A stretch of DNA of 64,000 nucleotides. Source: a virus. The stretch covers positions 1 through 64,000 of IMG/VR virus record IMGVR_UViG_3300012919_000005. The stretch is one strand, 5' to 3'. Position numbers and translations under genes: made by a program. The notes under the pieces were generated by a model. The model searched no databases. It was not told where the DNA came from and saw only the letters and a list, made by a program, of their open reading frames with translations. Shown piece by piece: positions 29,197 to 36,760 of this stretch. The stretch's first letter is position 1; every line of letters begins with the position of its first letter.

Positions 29197-29425
29197 TTTC
29201 TTTTAACTGTAAAACTGTGTCCAGTTTCTTTTGCAGTCGAATCATATCATTATCTAACATTCTTATCTGGTCAATTAACTGTAAGATTGTCATCTTCATG
29301 TCTTCGATTGCAGGGTCTATCTTTTCGGTTACTGTAGTCCAAACAAAGTATACGAAATATCCTAATCCAACCATTGCAACAACTGGAAAACCAAATTGTT
29401 GAATAGCATCAATCACGTCTTGCAT
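29171..29425 (-). CDS. Small membrane protein (one TM + coiled coil)
   Basis: QFGFPVVA...LDNDMIRL; paralogous to the next gene. Confidence 0.7.
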   Translation of the reverse strand: MQDVIDAIQQFGFPVVAMVGLGYFVYFVWTTVTEKIDPAIEDMKMTILQLIDQIRMLDNDMIRLQKKLDTVLQLKENERKKNKQ

Positions 29426-29702
29426 CTATACTTCCTGATTCTACAAAATTTTCTGCTCTTGCTATTTTATCTAAGTCTGGTGTGAGTCCAAGAGCTGAAC
29501 TTACACTCATGTCTATCTTAATCATATCATTGTTCATTGTTTTAATACGAGTAATTAGCATTTTTGAAATACCTTGTACTTCACAAGTATCGCCTACTAC
29601 ATCGTCCATAATTTTTCTTATGATTAAAAAGATGAAGCCTCCCATAAACAGTGCTGCTGCTATTGGTGCTCCTACTTGTCCTATTATATCAAATACTTCC
29701 AT
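29409..29702 (-). CDS. Small membrane protein (one TM + coiled coil)
   Basis: QVGAPIAA...MNNDMIKI. Confidence 0.7.
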   Translation of the reverse strand: MEVFDIIGQVGAPIAAALFMGGFIFLIIRKIMDDVVGDTCEVQGISKMLITRIKTMNNDMIKIDMSVSSALGLTPDLDKIARAENFVESGSIDARRD

Positions 29703-30067
29703 TATACCTCTATTGCGAATATTTTATCTTTATCTACCTTTTCTAAATCAAAATTTATTGAAACTCCACAACCACAAGAAGACTGCTCTTTTGGGTTGAT
29801 AAACTTAAATACTTCATTTAGTCCTTCTACTTGAAAGTCTAATGTCATTCCTACTAAGTATGGAACTGATATTTTATCTATTAGTATCCTAAAGAGTCCA
29901 TAATCCAATTCCACGTCTTCTTCAGTAGCTGCATTATTAGTCCGATCAAATACATACTCAAAACCAGCACACCCCCCACCAGTAATACCCAAGCGGATAC
30001 CAGTAAACTTCTCTCTTTCCTGTTTCTCCAAAATCTTGGTGATTGCTTCATCTGTAATCTCTATCAT
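29702..30067 (-). CDS. iscA: Fe-S cluster carrier IscA/HesB
   Basis: GGGCAGFEY and NPKEQSSCGCGVS motifs. Confidence 0.92.
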   Translation of the reverse strand: MIEITDEAITKILEKQEREKFTGIRLGITGGGCAGFEYVFDRTNNAATEEDVELDYGLFRILIDKISVPYLVGMTLDFQVEGLNEVFKFINPKEQSSCGCGVSINFDLEKVDKDKIFAIEV

Positions 30068-30258
30068 GGCATATTGTCGCCGTAGAACTCTCTACATTGC
30101 TCTTCAAAGTCTGAATCCCAGTATTCGTCTGTTTTCTTTTTATTTTTGTGAACTTGAGTTCTGCCGTGCTTTGGTGTCTTTTTTCGTGTGAATATCTTAT
30201 CGTAGTTATCTCTGAACTGCTTTTCGTTTGTTGGTCTTCGTTTGCTTCCCTTTCCCAT
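30064..30258 (-). CDS. Small hypothetical protein
   Basis: MGKGSKRRP...NYDKIF; GGAG RBS. Confidence 0.65.
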   Translation of the reverse strand: MGKGSKRRPTNEKQFRDNYDKIFTRKKTPKHGRTQVHKNKKKTDEYWDSDFEEQCREFYGDNMP

Positions 30259-30314
30259 CTTCTACTAATCTCCAAACATTTTGTATTCTATTTTGTTTCA
30301 TAAACTTATGAATA

Positions 30315-30728
30315 TCATTTATTATCTTTGTCATGTTGCTTCTGCTCCCAGTTTTCAATTGCTTTTTTAATCGAATCTTCAGCTAAAACAGAACAGTGTA
30401 ATTTTATTGGAGGCAATTGTAATGCCTCGGCTATGTCTTTATCTTTTATTAATTTGGCTTCTTCTATGCTAAGGCCTTTCAGCATTTCAACAAACATAGT
30501 AGAGGAAGCAATTGCGCTTCCACAACCATAGGTCTTAAACTTGATATCTGTAATAATATCGTTTTCATCTAGTTTAAGTTGTAACTTCATGACATCACCA
30601 CATGCGGGTGCTCCTGTCATTCCTGTTGCTACATTTGGGTCTTTTGGATCAAACCGACCGACGCTAAACTGCTGCGGACTGTTCAAGACTCCGTAAAATC
30701 TTTCTGTGACTTCTTTACTATAGGCCAT
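30315..30728 (-). CDS. iscU: Fe-S scaffold IscU
   Basis: GAPACGDVMKLQ, FKTYGCGSAIASS and LPPIKLHCSVLAE motifs. Confidence 0.95.
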   Translation of the reverse strand: MAYSKEVTERFYGVLNSPQQFSVGRFDPKDPNVATGMTGAPACGDVMKLQLKLDENDIITDIKFKTYGCGSAIASSTMFVEMLKGLSIEEAKLIKDKDIAEALQLPPIKLHCSVLAEDSIKKAIENWEQKQHDKDNK

Positions 30729-31195
30729 TATTTTTTCTCTTCTTTGAGAAGCTTGGACATAAGCTTCCCATAGTTCCCTGTGCCAAAGGCACCATCATTT
30801 ATTTGTACATTAGTTTGATTTTTAATATTTGTAGCTTTTGCTTTTTCTAGTTCTGCTTGAGCTTTTAGTTCGTCCATTCTCATTTTGTGGGCCATTTGTA
30901 GTAAGTCTGCGAGGTCTTTGCTAGTATATATTTCCGACTCTTCGGCTTCTTCCATTTTCTTATCAATCAAAGTATCTAATGTGTCCGCAAGTTTAAATCT
31001 ATTTCTATACCCTGTGTCTAGATATACAGTGTCAATATATTGTTTGACTTCTCTGCGATTTAATATTTCACTAACTTGCGCTTCTCCTAAACCCATTCTA
31101 AGGCTAACAGTCGGGATTGAGCCATGCTGCAAATATGCATTGGCTATCTCGAGACCCTCTGGGCTTATTTTTGTTGTTAAAGCTACACTTGACAT
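30728..31195 (-). CDS. terS: Terminase small subunit (T5-like)
   Basis: ISPEGLEIANAYL, VKQYIDTVYLDTGYRNR, SKDLADLL and NYGKLM motifs. Confidence 0.8.
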   Translation of the reverse strand: MSSVALTTKISPEGLEIANAYLQHGSIPTVSLRMGLGEAQVSEILNRREVKQYIDTVYLDTGYRNRFKLADTLDTLIDKKMEEAEESEIYTSKDLADLLQMAHKMRMDELKAQAELEKAKATNIKNQTNVQINDGAFGTGNYGKLMSKLLKEEKK

Positions 31196-31203
31196 ATAAA
31201 CAT

Positions 31204-31232
31204 ATTATACTAAAAATATAACCATTTGTCAA
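31204..31232 (-). promoter_or_regulatory. Sigma70 promoter, near-leaderless terS transcript
   Basis: TTGACA-17-TATAAT, 8 nt before the ATG. Confidence 0.8.
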
Positions 31233-31435
31233 GAACTATTTATCCATATGTATCATTATGATACTATACGGCACTTTTTTGTAAGTACCATTTTTTCCAA
31301 AGTTGTACGCGCGGGGGAGTCTGCGGGAGCGTGTCAAGGTAGGTCTGATAACCCCCCTAACTACTGTATAAACGCAGAAAACTACTGTATATACTGTGAC
31401 AATTGTGTGACATCGCTTTTTTGGGTGTATAATTA

Positions 31436-31650
31436 ACTCAATTGCTTATGCGACTGAATATCGGACGGCACAGGGGAAACCCCACGAAGAGACCGCCTTG
31501 CAGATTCAGAAAACAAGATAAACTTCTACTGTTTATCGGTGAAACTCTCTCAGAGAAACTTACGGCAATGAGGTTGGAGACAATCGGTTTATATACTCCC
31601 AATATGTAAACTGCTCACGAATCGAACGCTCGGAACAACGAGGTTAAATA
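31436..31650 (+). ncRNA. Putative structured RNA or leader
   Basis: Follows TATAAT at 31428; stems CTGAAT/ATTCAG, GGG-GAAA-CCC, GATAAAC/GTTTATC; no ORF of 60 aa or more. Confidence 0.45.
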
Positions 31651-31691
31651 AAAATTAAAATTTTCCTTAAATTAAATGCGAGGTATTTAAT

Positions 31692-31874
31692 ATGAAAACT
31701 ACTAGAAAACGATACAAGATTTATCAATTGGTTGAAAAGGAATCATGGCTCGGCAATTATGAATTTTTTGCTCTGTATATGGTTACTACTTCAATACGCC
31801 AACGAATGAGGACTGTATCGAGGTTGAATAAAAGGGGAATCAAAACCAATGTCGTGGTCGAGATTCTAAAATAA
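31692..31874 (+). CDS. Hypothetical pre-early protein
   Basis: GAGG RBS; followed by a hairpin at ~31878-31909. Confidence 0.6.
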   Translation: MKTTRKRYKIYQLVEKESWLGNYEFFALYMVTTSIRQRMRTVSRLNKRGIKTNVVVEILK

Positions 31875-31927
31875 CTATAAACGCTCTCAGACGCTCTCTG
31901 AGGGCGTTTCTTTTATAGGGGGTTTCT

Positions 31928-32116
31928 ATGACTATAGAAAACTTAAAACAAACGATTAGACAAGCTCATACGCTATCTGATACTCAACTAAACTTCGAGC
32001 TAGACGCTATATTGTGTGTGATGGATTTCAACACACAAGCGTTAAGCATGGAAGAATGGAATTATCTCAGAGCAACGAGGTTGCTAATCGAAGAAATACT
32101 AAACAACAGGGTATAA
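31928..32116 (+). CDS. Hypothetical pre-early protein
   Basis: GGGG RBS, 62 aa. Confidence 0.55.
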   Translation: MTIENLKQTIRQAHTLSDTQLNFELDAILCVMDFNTQALSMEEWNYLRATRLLIEEILNNRV

Positions 32117-32178
32117 AACTGTTGGGGTCTAGGCTCGTTACCTAATACAAAAACGAGCCAATTTAATGAGGTAATATT

Positions 32179-32370
32179 ATGGCTAATGCTAATAATAAAA
32201 CGACTTCTGAATTGAAGAAGATGACAAGGACTGATTATGAAAAATTAGTCCGAGACACTTTCGGAGATGAAGAAGGTATCGAGACACTTCTTCGCTCAGG
32301 CATGAAGGGTCTTAAAATGGTGCTTATCGGCATGGGTGTTAAACCTATCGCGGGTAAGAAGTGGGGTTAA
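32179..32370 (+). CDS. Hypothetical pre-early protein
   Basis: GAGGT RBS, 63 aa. Confidence 0.65.
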   Translation: MANANNKTTSELKKMTRTDYEKLVRDTFGDEEGIETLLRSGMKGLKMVLIGMGVKPIAGKKWG

Positions 32371-32374
32371 CGCT

Positions 32375-33247
32375 ATGGTTATGGTTCAAGACTATAGGCA
32401 TAAGCATATCGCTTTAATCCTAGATACTGAAACTTGCTTTAAGAACGAACATCAAGGCTTAATCGCTGAGATAGGTTGGACTTTTGGCAATGTTCTTAAT
32501 AATCAAGATACGCCTACTTGTAGGCGTTTTCTTGTAGCTGATACGCTGTTCAATCCTAACTATTGGTTACATTCTCAAAAATTGAAGAATGTTCACGAAT
32601 CGTTGCAAGGATTAGCAGAGGGTGAAAGGACGGCTTACAAGACTGATTCGAGATATGTTGAATATCTTGAACAGTTAAAGCGACTGAATCAAATCGGAAA
32701 GACCGATAAGGTTCTAAAATCGTGGCAGGAAATATTAGAAATACTTACTAAGGATTTGGCTTTAGTCGATTCCGTAGGTGCTTATAATATGCCTTTCGAC
32801 CTACGAGCAATGCAAACGACAACGAAGAGATTTCATCATTCACATTATGTAGAAATCGAAAGGTTGCCGAAATTTTGCTTAATGGATATGTTCGCTAACA
32901 AGGTTATAAACCGAAGATATTTCGAAAAGGTTGATAATCTAAGCGAAGAAGAGAGAGTAAAATTCATGTCAAAAAGTGGCAAGAATCTTGGGTATTCGGC
33001 TGAGATAATGGCTCGATATATTCAAGAAGACCTTGGGTATGTAGAATGTCATACTGCCTTAGAGGATTCACTAATTGAATATGAACTTGCTCAATACTTC
33101 TTGGATAAATACAAAGATTCATTCTTTGAAAATTATCTTAACAAGATAGGTTCTGTATCTTGGCAATCAATCCGTAAGAGGTTGACTGCTAAAGATAAGG
33201 AAGAGCAACGAGAACTCAATTTCGGAGGGTTTGAAAATGAAACTTAA
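32375..33247 (+). CDS. DEDD(h)-family 3'-5' exonuclease
   Basis: LILDTET, GAYNMPFD and CHTALEDS (Exo I/II/III) motifs. Confidence 0.8.
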   Translation: MVMVQDYRHKHIALILDTETCFKNEHQGLIAEIGWTFGNVLNNQDTPTCRRFLVADTLFNPNYWLHSQKLKNVHESLQGLAEGERTAYKTDSRYVEYLEQLKRLNQIGKTDKVLKSWQEILEILTKDLALVDSVGAYNMPFDLRAMQTTTKRFHHSHYVEIERLPKFCLMDMFANKVINRRYFEKVDNLSEEERVKFMSKSGKNLGYSAEIMARYIQEDLGYVECHTALEDSLIEYELAQYFLDKYKDSFFENYLNKIGSVSWQSIRKRLTAKDKEEQRELNFGGFENET

Positions 33248-33851
33248 ATACATTTTAAATCCGAGAGATAATTGGGAAAGGGCGACACGACATATGTCGC
33301 CCATTCTCGACTATAGAGCAAAGCACGGACTAATAAAGAAGGCTAAGAGGAATACTGACAATCTTTTGAAGGTATTCGCTGAATCAAAAGATGTGTTTAT
33401 TTTCGACCTTGATAAAACGACTTTTATCAGACCGAAGATATTCACTCATAAGATTAAATTTTCTTTCAAGAAGGGTTTCTATCTTGTTGAGGATTTAGCA
33501 ACTTATATCTTTTGGGATTCTTTTATCGTGTCCTTATTTGATAGACCCCTACCACTAGCCAAAAAGATGAAGAGATTCATTCGAGAAGGCAAAAAGGTAG
33601 GTATCTATACTGCTAGGCAATATCGTTGGTTTTCCAAACTTTGGATAAGGTTAAAAATTGGTAAGGTTTCTTTTATCAAATTTAGACCTAAAGGCGATAA
33701 CACTATCGACCACGAGTTGAAGGAAAGGTATCTAAAAGAGTGTATTCATACTTACGATTACTTCACCTTTGCTCATATCGTTGCTTATGATGATAATGCA
33801 GAGATTATCAAGATGTATCATCAAAACGATATAGAGGGTATAAAATGTTAA
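33237..33851 (+). CDS. HAD-family phosphatase
   Basis: FIFDLDKT, IYTAR, K and AYDDN motifs. Confidence 0.75.
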   Translation: MKLKYILNPRDNWERATRHMSPILDYRAKHGLIKKAKRNTDNLLKVFAESKDVFIFDLDKTTFIRPKIFTHKIKFSFKKGFYLVEDLATYIFWDSFIVSLFDRPLPLAKKMKRFIREGKKVGIYTARQYRWFSKLWIRLKIGKVSFIKFRPKGDNTIDHELKERYLKECIHTYDYFTFAHIVAYDDNAEIIKMYHQNDIEGIKC

Positions 33852-34111
33852 GCGTTTCAATGGTTGTCGCAACTGTTGTCTTTTGGAGCATGGGGGTAGG
33901 CTTAGTCGCCTACGCCCTTGCCTTTATAGACAAGAGAATACGAGCGTATTACATCTGTATTATCTTCGGTAATGCAATAATACTTTTAACTAGCCCTTTG
34001 ATTTATCAGAGTGAATTTAATATCGGTATCTTAACTATGGTTATGGTATCGGCTCAGATTAAATCAGGATTAGGAGAAAGGAAACGATTAAACAATGGGG
34101 GTTGGTTATGA
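33845..34111 (+). CDS. Membrane protein
   Basis: Several hydrophobic helices. Confidence 0.55.
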   Translation: MLSVSMVVATVVFWSMGVGLVAYALAFIDKRIRAYYICIIFGNAIILLTSPLIYQSEFNIGILTMVMVSAQIKSGLGERKRLNNGGWL

Positions 34112-34274
34112 AATGGTTATTTCAAGATAATCCTACGCCTACCCAAATTGCTAATCGTATAATTTTTAACGCATGGGTAAAACGCCAAAAGAAAACATGG
34201 TTGAATGTGCCTTTTCTAGGTATCTTTCTGATTACTGCTTTGGTTTGGGTTTTATTCTTTATGGGGGTATTTAT

Positions 34275-34469
34275 ATGAATGGTAAACGACCTTTTGTAAG
34301 GGAAAATGCCTATGATTTAGCCGATATGGTAGCAAAAGAATTTGCTAAACATAATCCTGACAAGAAAACGATTCGAGAGATTCAGTCGGAATTATATTTT
34401 AGAACAAATGCTGTTGCTAAAATAATCGGGCAAATCATAGAGACCTATTTTAAATCCTTGCCTAAATGA
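34275..34469 (+). CDS. Hypothetical protein
   Basis: Likely start MNGKRPF with GGGGG RBS. Confidence 0.5.
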   Translation: MNGKRPFVRENAYDLADMVAKEFAKHNPDKKTIREIQSELYFRTNAVAKIIGQIIETYFKSLPK

Positions 34470-34597
34470 GTAAAAATCGGGTGCAACGATTAGAGGAGCG
34501 GTGGTTTTGGATAAGACTAATAATGGAATTTCTTAGAACGATGATTCCTGTTCTTGTCCTGATACTACAAATCGTTGTATTGCAGAAATTACTCTAG
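34466..34597 (+). CDS. 43 aa tail-anchored peptide
   Basis: Own translation MSKNRVQRLEERWFWIRLIMEFLRTMIPVLVLILQIVVLQKLL; paralog at 39926. Confidence 0.6.
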   Translation: MSKNRVQRLEERWFWIRLIMEFLRTMIPVLVLILQIVVLQKLL

Positions 34598-34649
34598 GTT
34601 TGCGATTTAAGGGAACGGCTTGGCTAGAGCCGTGAAAATCTAGCCATTA

Positions 34650-34698
34650 GCGTGGTGGATTCTTTACTCGACTGGTTGGATCCGCCACGCTTTTTTTT
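34650..34698 (+). terminator. Strong intrinsic terminator closing the pre-early operon
   Basis: GCGTGGTGGATTC/GGATCCGCCACGC stem plus T8. Confidence 0.85.
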
Positions 34699-34931
34699 AT
34701 TTTTTATTTTTCTGCGCCTAAGTAGTAGTACGACGACGACTTTTGTAGCGCGTCAGCGCCAAAGTGCAAGTACGAAGTATAAAACTGGTCTGTCTGCGCG
34801 GCCGCGACATTTGTCCCATATTATGCGAAGTCTGTCCTTCCCTCCCCACCTACCCCATTATTATATCACAAAAATTTGAGCATGTCAAGAAAAATATGAA
34901 AAAACTTTTTTGAAAAAACTTTCGCAATTGC

Positions 34932-34960
34932 TTGACAAAACCCATTTCGCCTTATATAAT
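34932..34960 (+). promoter_or_regulatory. Sigma70 promoter (leaderless mRNA)
   Basis: TTGACA-17-TATAAT; ATG at 34968. Confidence 0.8.
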
Positions 34961-34967
34961 AATACAC

Positions 34968-35126
34968 ATGAAAAACGAAAAAACAATCGAAAAGGTCAAA
35001 AGACCAAACAAGAAAGTTTTATTACGCGAGATTGCTGACATGACTGGCAAAAGCATCAGAGACCTTGATAGCTTAGGAAGAAGCAACATCAGCACAATCG
35101 AATGGGTAAAAGAACTTGTGTCCTAA
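34968..35126 (+). CDS. 52 aa protein resembling the A2-like C-terminal domain
   Basis: KKVLLREIADMTG...DLDSLGRS resembles KNEIVNDIASLL...DIASLEKA of the 36122 ORF. Confidence 0.55.
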   Translation: MKNEKTIEKVKRPNKKVLLREIADMTGKSIRDLDSLGRSNISTIEWVKELVS

Positions 35127-35699
35127 TTTCTGAAGTGTAAGCGACTTTATTACTCAACGCTAGACATCGGTCCCTATTGGCACGGGACGGTTGTCCGCTT
35201 TTGCGCGCCGATTTTACCACATCTATTCTAGCTTGTCAATACCTGCGTGAAAAATAATTCAACTTTTTTATTTGCTAAGTCTCCCTAAAACAAGGGTCTT
35301 GCCGACCTTCTCGCAAATCCCCTACAACCCCCATTCTTACTCACTTCGCAAACCTTATAAAATAGGGTTCTCCAGTGATAGTAAGTACTAACTATGCGAA
35401 GACCATGGCACAAGTGTTTCAAAGGTAGCCGCCCCGCGCGCCCAAGTGCGAAAACGATAAGTGCCAAAGTGGTGAGCCTGCGCCAATAAGTGCAAAACTG
35501 GTAAGTGCTAGGTCTACTTTAGTGGGCAAGTGGCCGCCGCGAGTCTAGAATAAGTCTTATTTATATTGTATCATGCTTTTAAAGACTTGTCAAGACTTTT
35601 GCTGACTTGCGCCGACTTTTTTAAGGCTTTGCTACGGTTTCGCGTCCGGCCCCCGAGAATTCCTTTGCGTAAGTTTATTAATATTTCTTTTGCATTTGC

Positions 35700-35728
35700 T
35701 TGACACTACATCAATAGCTTGATATAAT
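35700..35728 (+). promoter_or_regulatory. Sigma70 promoter of a putative ncRNA
   Basis: TTGACA-17-TATAAT. Confidence 0.85.
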
Positions 35729-35738
35729 ATATACATAA

Positions 35739-35873
35739 TTTGAAGTGAGGAAACCACCGAACACCAAAAGCGACCTACGGGTCGAGAGAGTAGAAGTGAT
35801 TCGCTGTAGGAATTGAAGCTATACGGCAAAGATTCAAAAAAATGTTGGCAGTCTTCCCCGAACTCGCTTTAAA
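35739..35873 (+). ncRNA. Putative ~135 nt structured ncRNA
   Basis: Closing stem TTTGAAGTGAG/CTCGCTTTAAA (2 G-U pairs); CGACC-TACG-GGTCG hairpin. Confidence 0.6.
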
Positions 35874-35915
35874 TTATACTTGACAAGACAATGTCAGCGT
35901 GATATAATATTAAGT

Positions 35916-36032
35916 ATGAAACAGAAAAGATTACCGAAAAAAATGACTGCCGAGATGAAACTCGTAATAGTAAATCTAATAGCCATTGGAGTAGGAGTAG
36001 CAATACTGATATGGGACACATGGTTAAGGTAA
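35916..36032 (+). CDS. Leaderless 38 aa membrane peptide
   Basis: Promoter at 35880-35908; MKQKRLPKKMTAEMKLVIVNLIAIGVGVAILIWDTWLR. Confidence 0.55.
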   Translation: MKQKRLPKKMTAEMKLVIVNLIAIGVGVAILIWDTWLR

Positions 36033-36121
36033 GTTTGAAAAAGATTAAGCAATCACTTGACAAAACCTTAAACGCAGTATATAATATAAAGTATAAATTA
36101 AATATTAAAACAGGAGTAGAA

Positions 36122-36451
36122 ATGGCATCAGCTAAAAATTACACAGATGAAATGGTCAACACAATGACCGAACAATACCAAGCTAATCCGACAAGGGAAA
36201 CTGTTGACGCACTAGCAAGAGAATTTGGCAAAACTACAAGAAGTATTATTGCTAAGTTATCAAGAGAAGGCGTATATGTTGCTCAACCAAGAACAACAAA
36301 AACAGGCGAGCCTATCGTTAGCAAAAATGAGATTGTCAATGACATTGCTAGCCTTCTACAAGTTGAAGTTGATGACATCGCTTCTCTTGAGAAAGCAACA
36401 AAGATTGACCTCAGAAACTTAGTGGAAAGACTCGAAGCAGTCGTTCAGTAA
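36122..36451 (+). CDS. T5 A2-like DNA-binding protein
   Basis: Promoter at 36057-36085, AGGAG RBS; RSIIAKLSREGVY...DDIASLEKA. Confidence 0.65.
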   Translation: MASAKNYTDEMVNTMTEQYQANPTRETVDALAREFGKTTRSIIAKLSREGVYVAQPRTTKTGEPIVSKNEIVNDIASLLQVEVDDIASLEKATKIDLRNLVERLEAVVQ

Positions 36452-36516
36452 GAAAGTGATGAGGTAGTGTTAAAACTACCTCGCCACAGTCAAGATAACC
36501 TCGTTAAAAATAGTTC

Positions 36517-36545
36517 TTGACAAAAGGTTATTAGCGAGATATAAT
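36517..36545 (+). promoter_or_regulatory. Sigma70 promoter of a putative ncRNA
   Basis: AAAAATAGTTC-TTGACA-17-TATAAT. Confidence 0.85.
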
Positions 36546-36569
36546 ATATCTTATAAAATAAAAAAAGAA

Positions 36570-36700
36570 CAGTAGTGAAACTACGCAGACAATGACCAAC
36601 ATTGCGTAGTTTGAAAGTGGTAAACCTACTCTAGCTATGAAAAATACCCTATCACATAGCAGATAGTGCACTTTGGGAAAGTGGCGGGATTTAACTACTG
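36570..36700 (+). ncRNA. Putative ~130 nt multibranch ncRNA
   Basis: CAGTAGT/ACTACTG closing stem; AAACTACGCA/TGCGTAGTTT, GCTATG/CATAGC and CACTTT/AAAGTG arms. Confidence 0.6.
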
Positions 36701-36725
36701 AGCTCAAGAAAGTGAAAAATAGTTC

Positions 36726-36754
36726 TTGACAAAAGGTTAAAAGCTTGATATAAT
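36726..36754 (+). promoter_or_regulatory. Sigma70 promoter of the large ncRNA
   Basis: AAAAATAGTTC-TTGACA-17-TATAAT. Confidence 0.85.
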
Positions 36755-36760
36755 ATACAT

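Larger units (their letters stand above)
34710..35660. repeat. GC-richer, mostly non-coding region with AAGTGC-type direct repeats (injection-stop-signal-like)
   Basis: AAGTGC near 34762, 35444, 35459, 35488 and 35502; AAAACTGG twice; GCGC-rich patches. Confidence 0.5.

Noticed and set aside
52-31199. Many plus-strand ORFs in the track (e.g. 52-696, 10422-10769, 26570-26881)
   Set aside because: Antisense shadows of well-supported minus-strand genes; no RBS or recognisable motifs
31395-31412. CRP site at the pre-early promoter
   Set aside because: The two TGTGA half-sites are direct repeats, not inverted
31450-31550. Hammerhead ribozyme
   Set aside because: CTGAATA does not match the CUGANGA core and the stems do not assemble around GAAA
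34652-35467. ORFs 34652-34879 (+) and 35285-35467 (-)
   Set aside because: They overlap a terminator and repeats, lack an RBS and have atypical composition
35440-35535. AAGTGC repeats as a CRISPR array
   Set aside because: Repeats are only ~6 nt with short irregular spacers; no cas genes
36570-36700. tRNA gene
   Set aside because: No T-loop GTTCRA, arm sizes are wrong and there is no CCA end; no canonical tRNA was seen anywhere in the window
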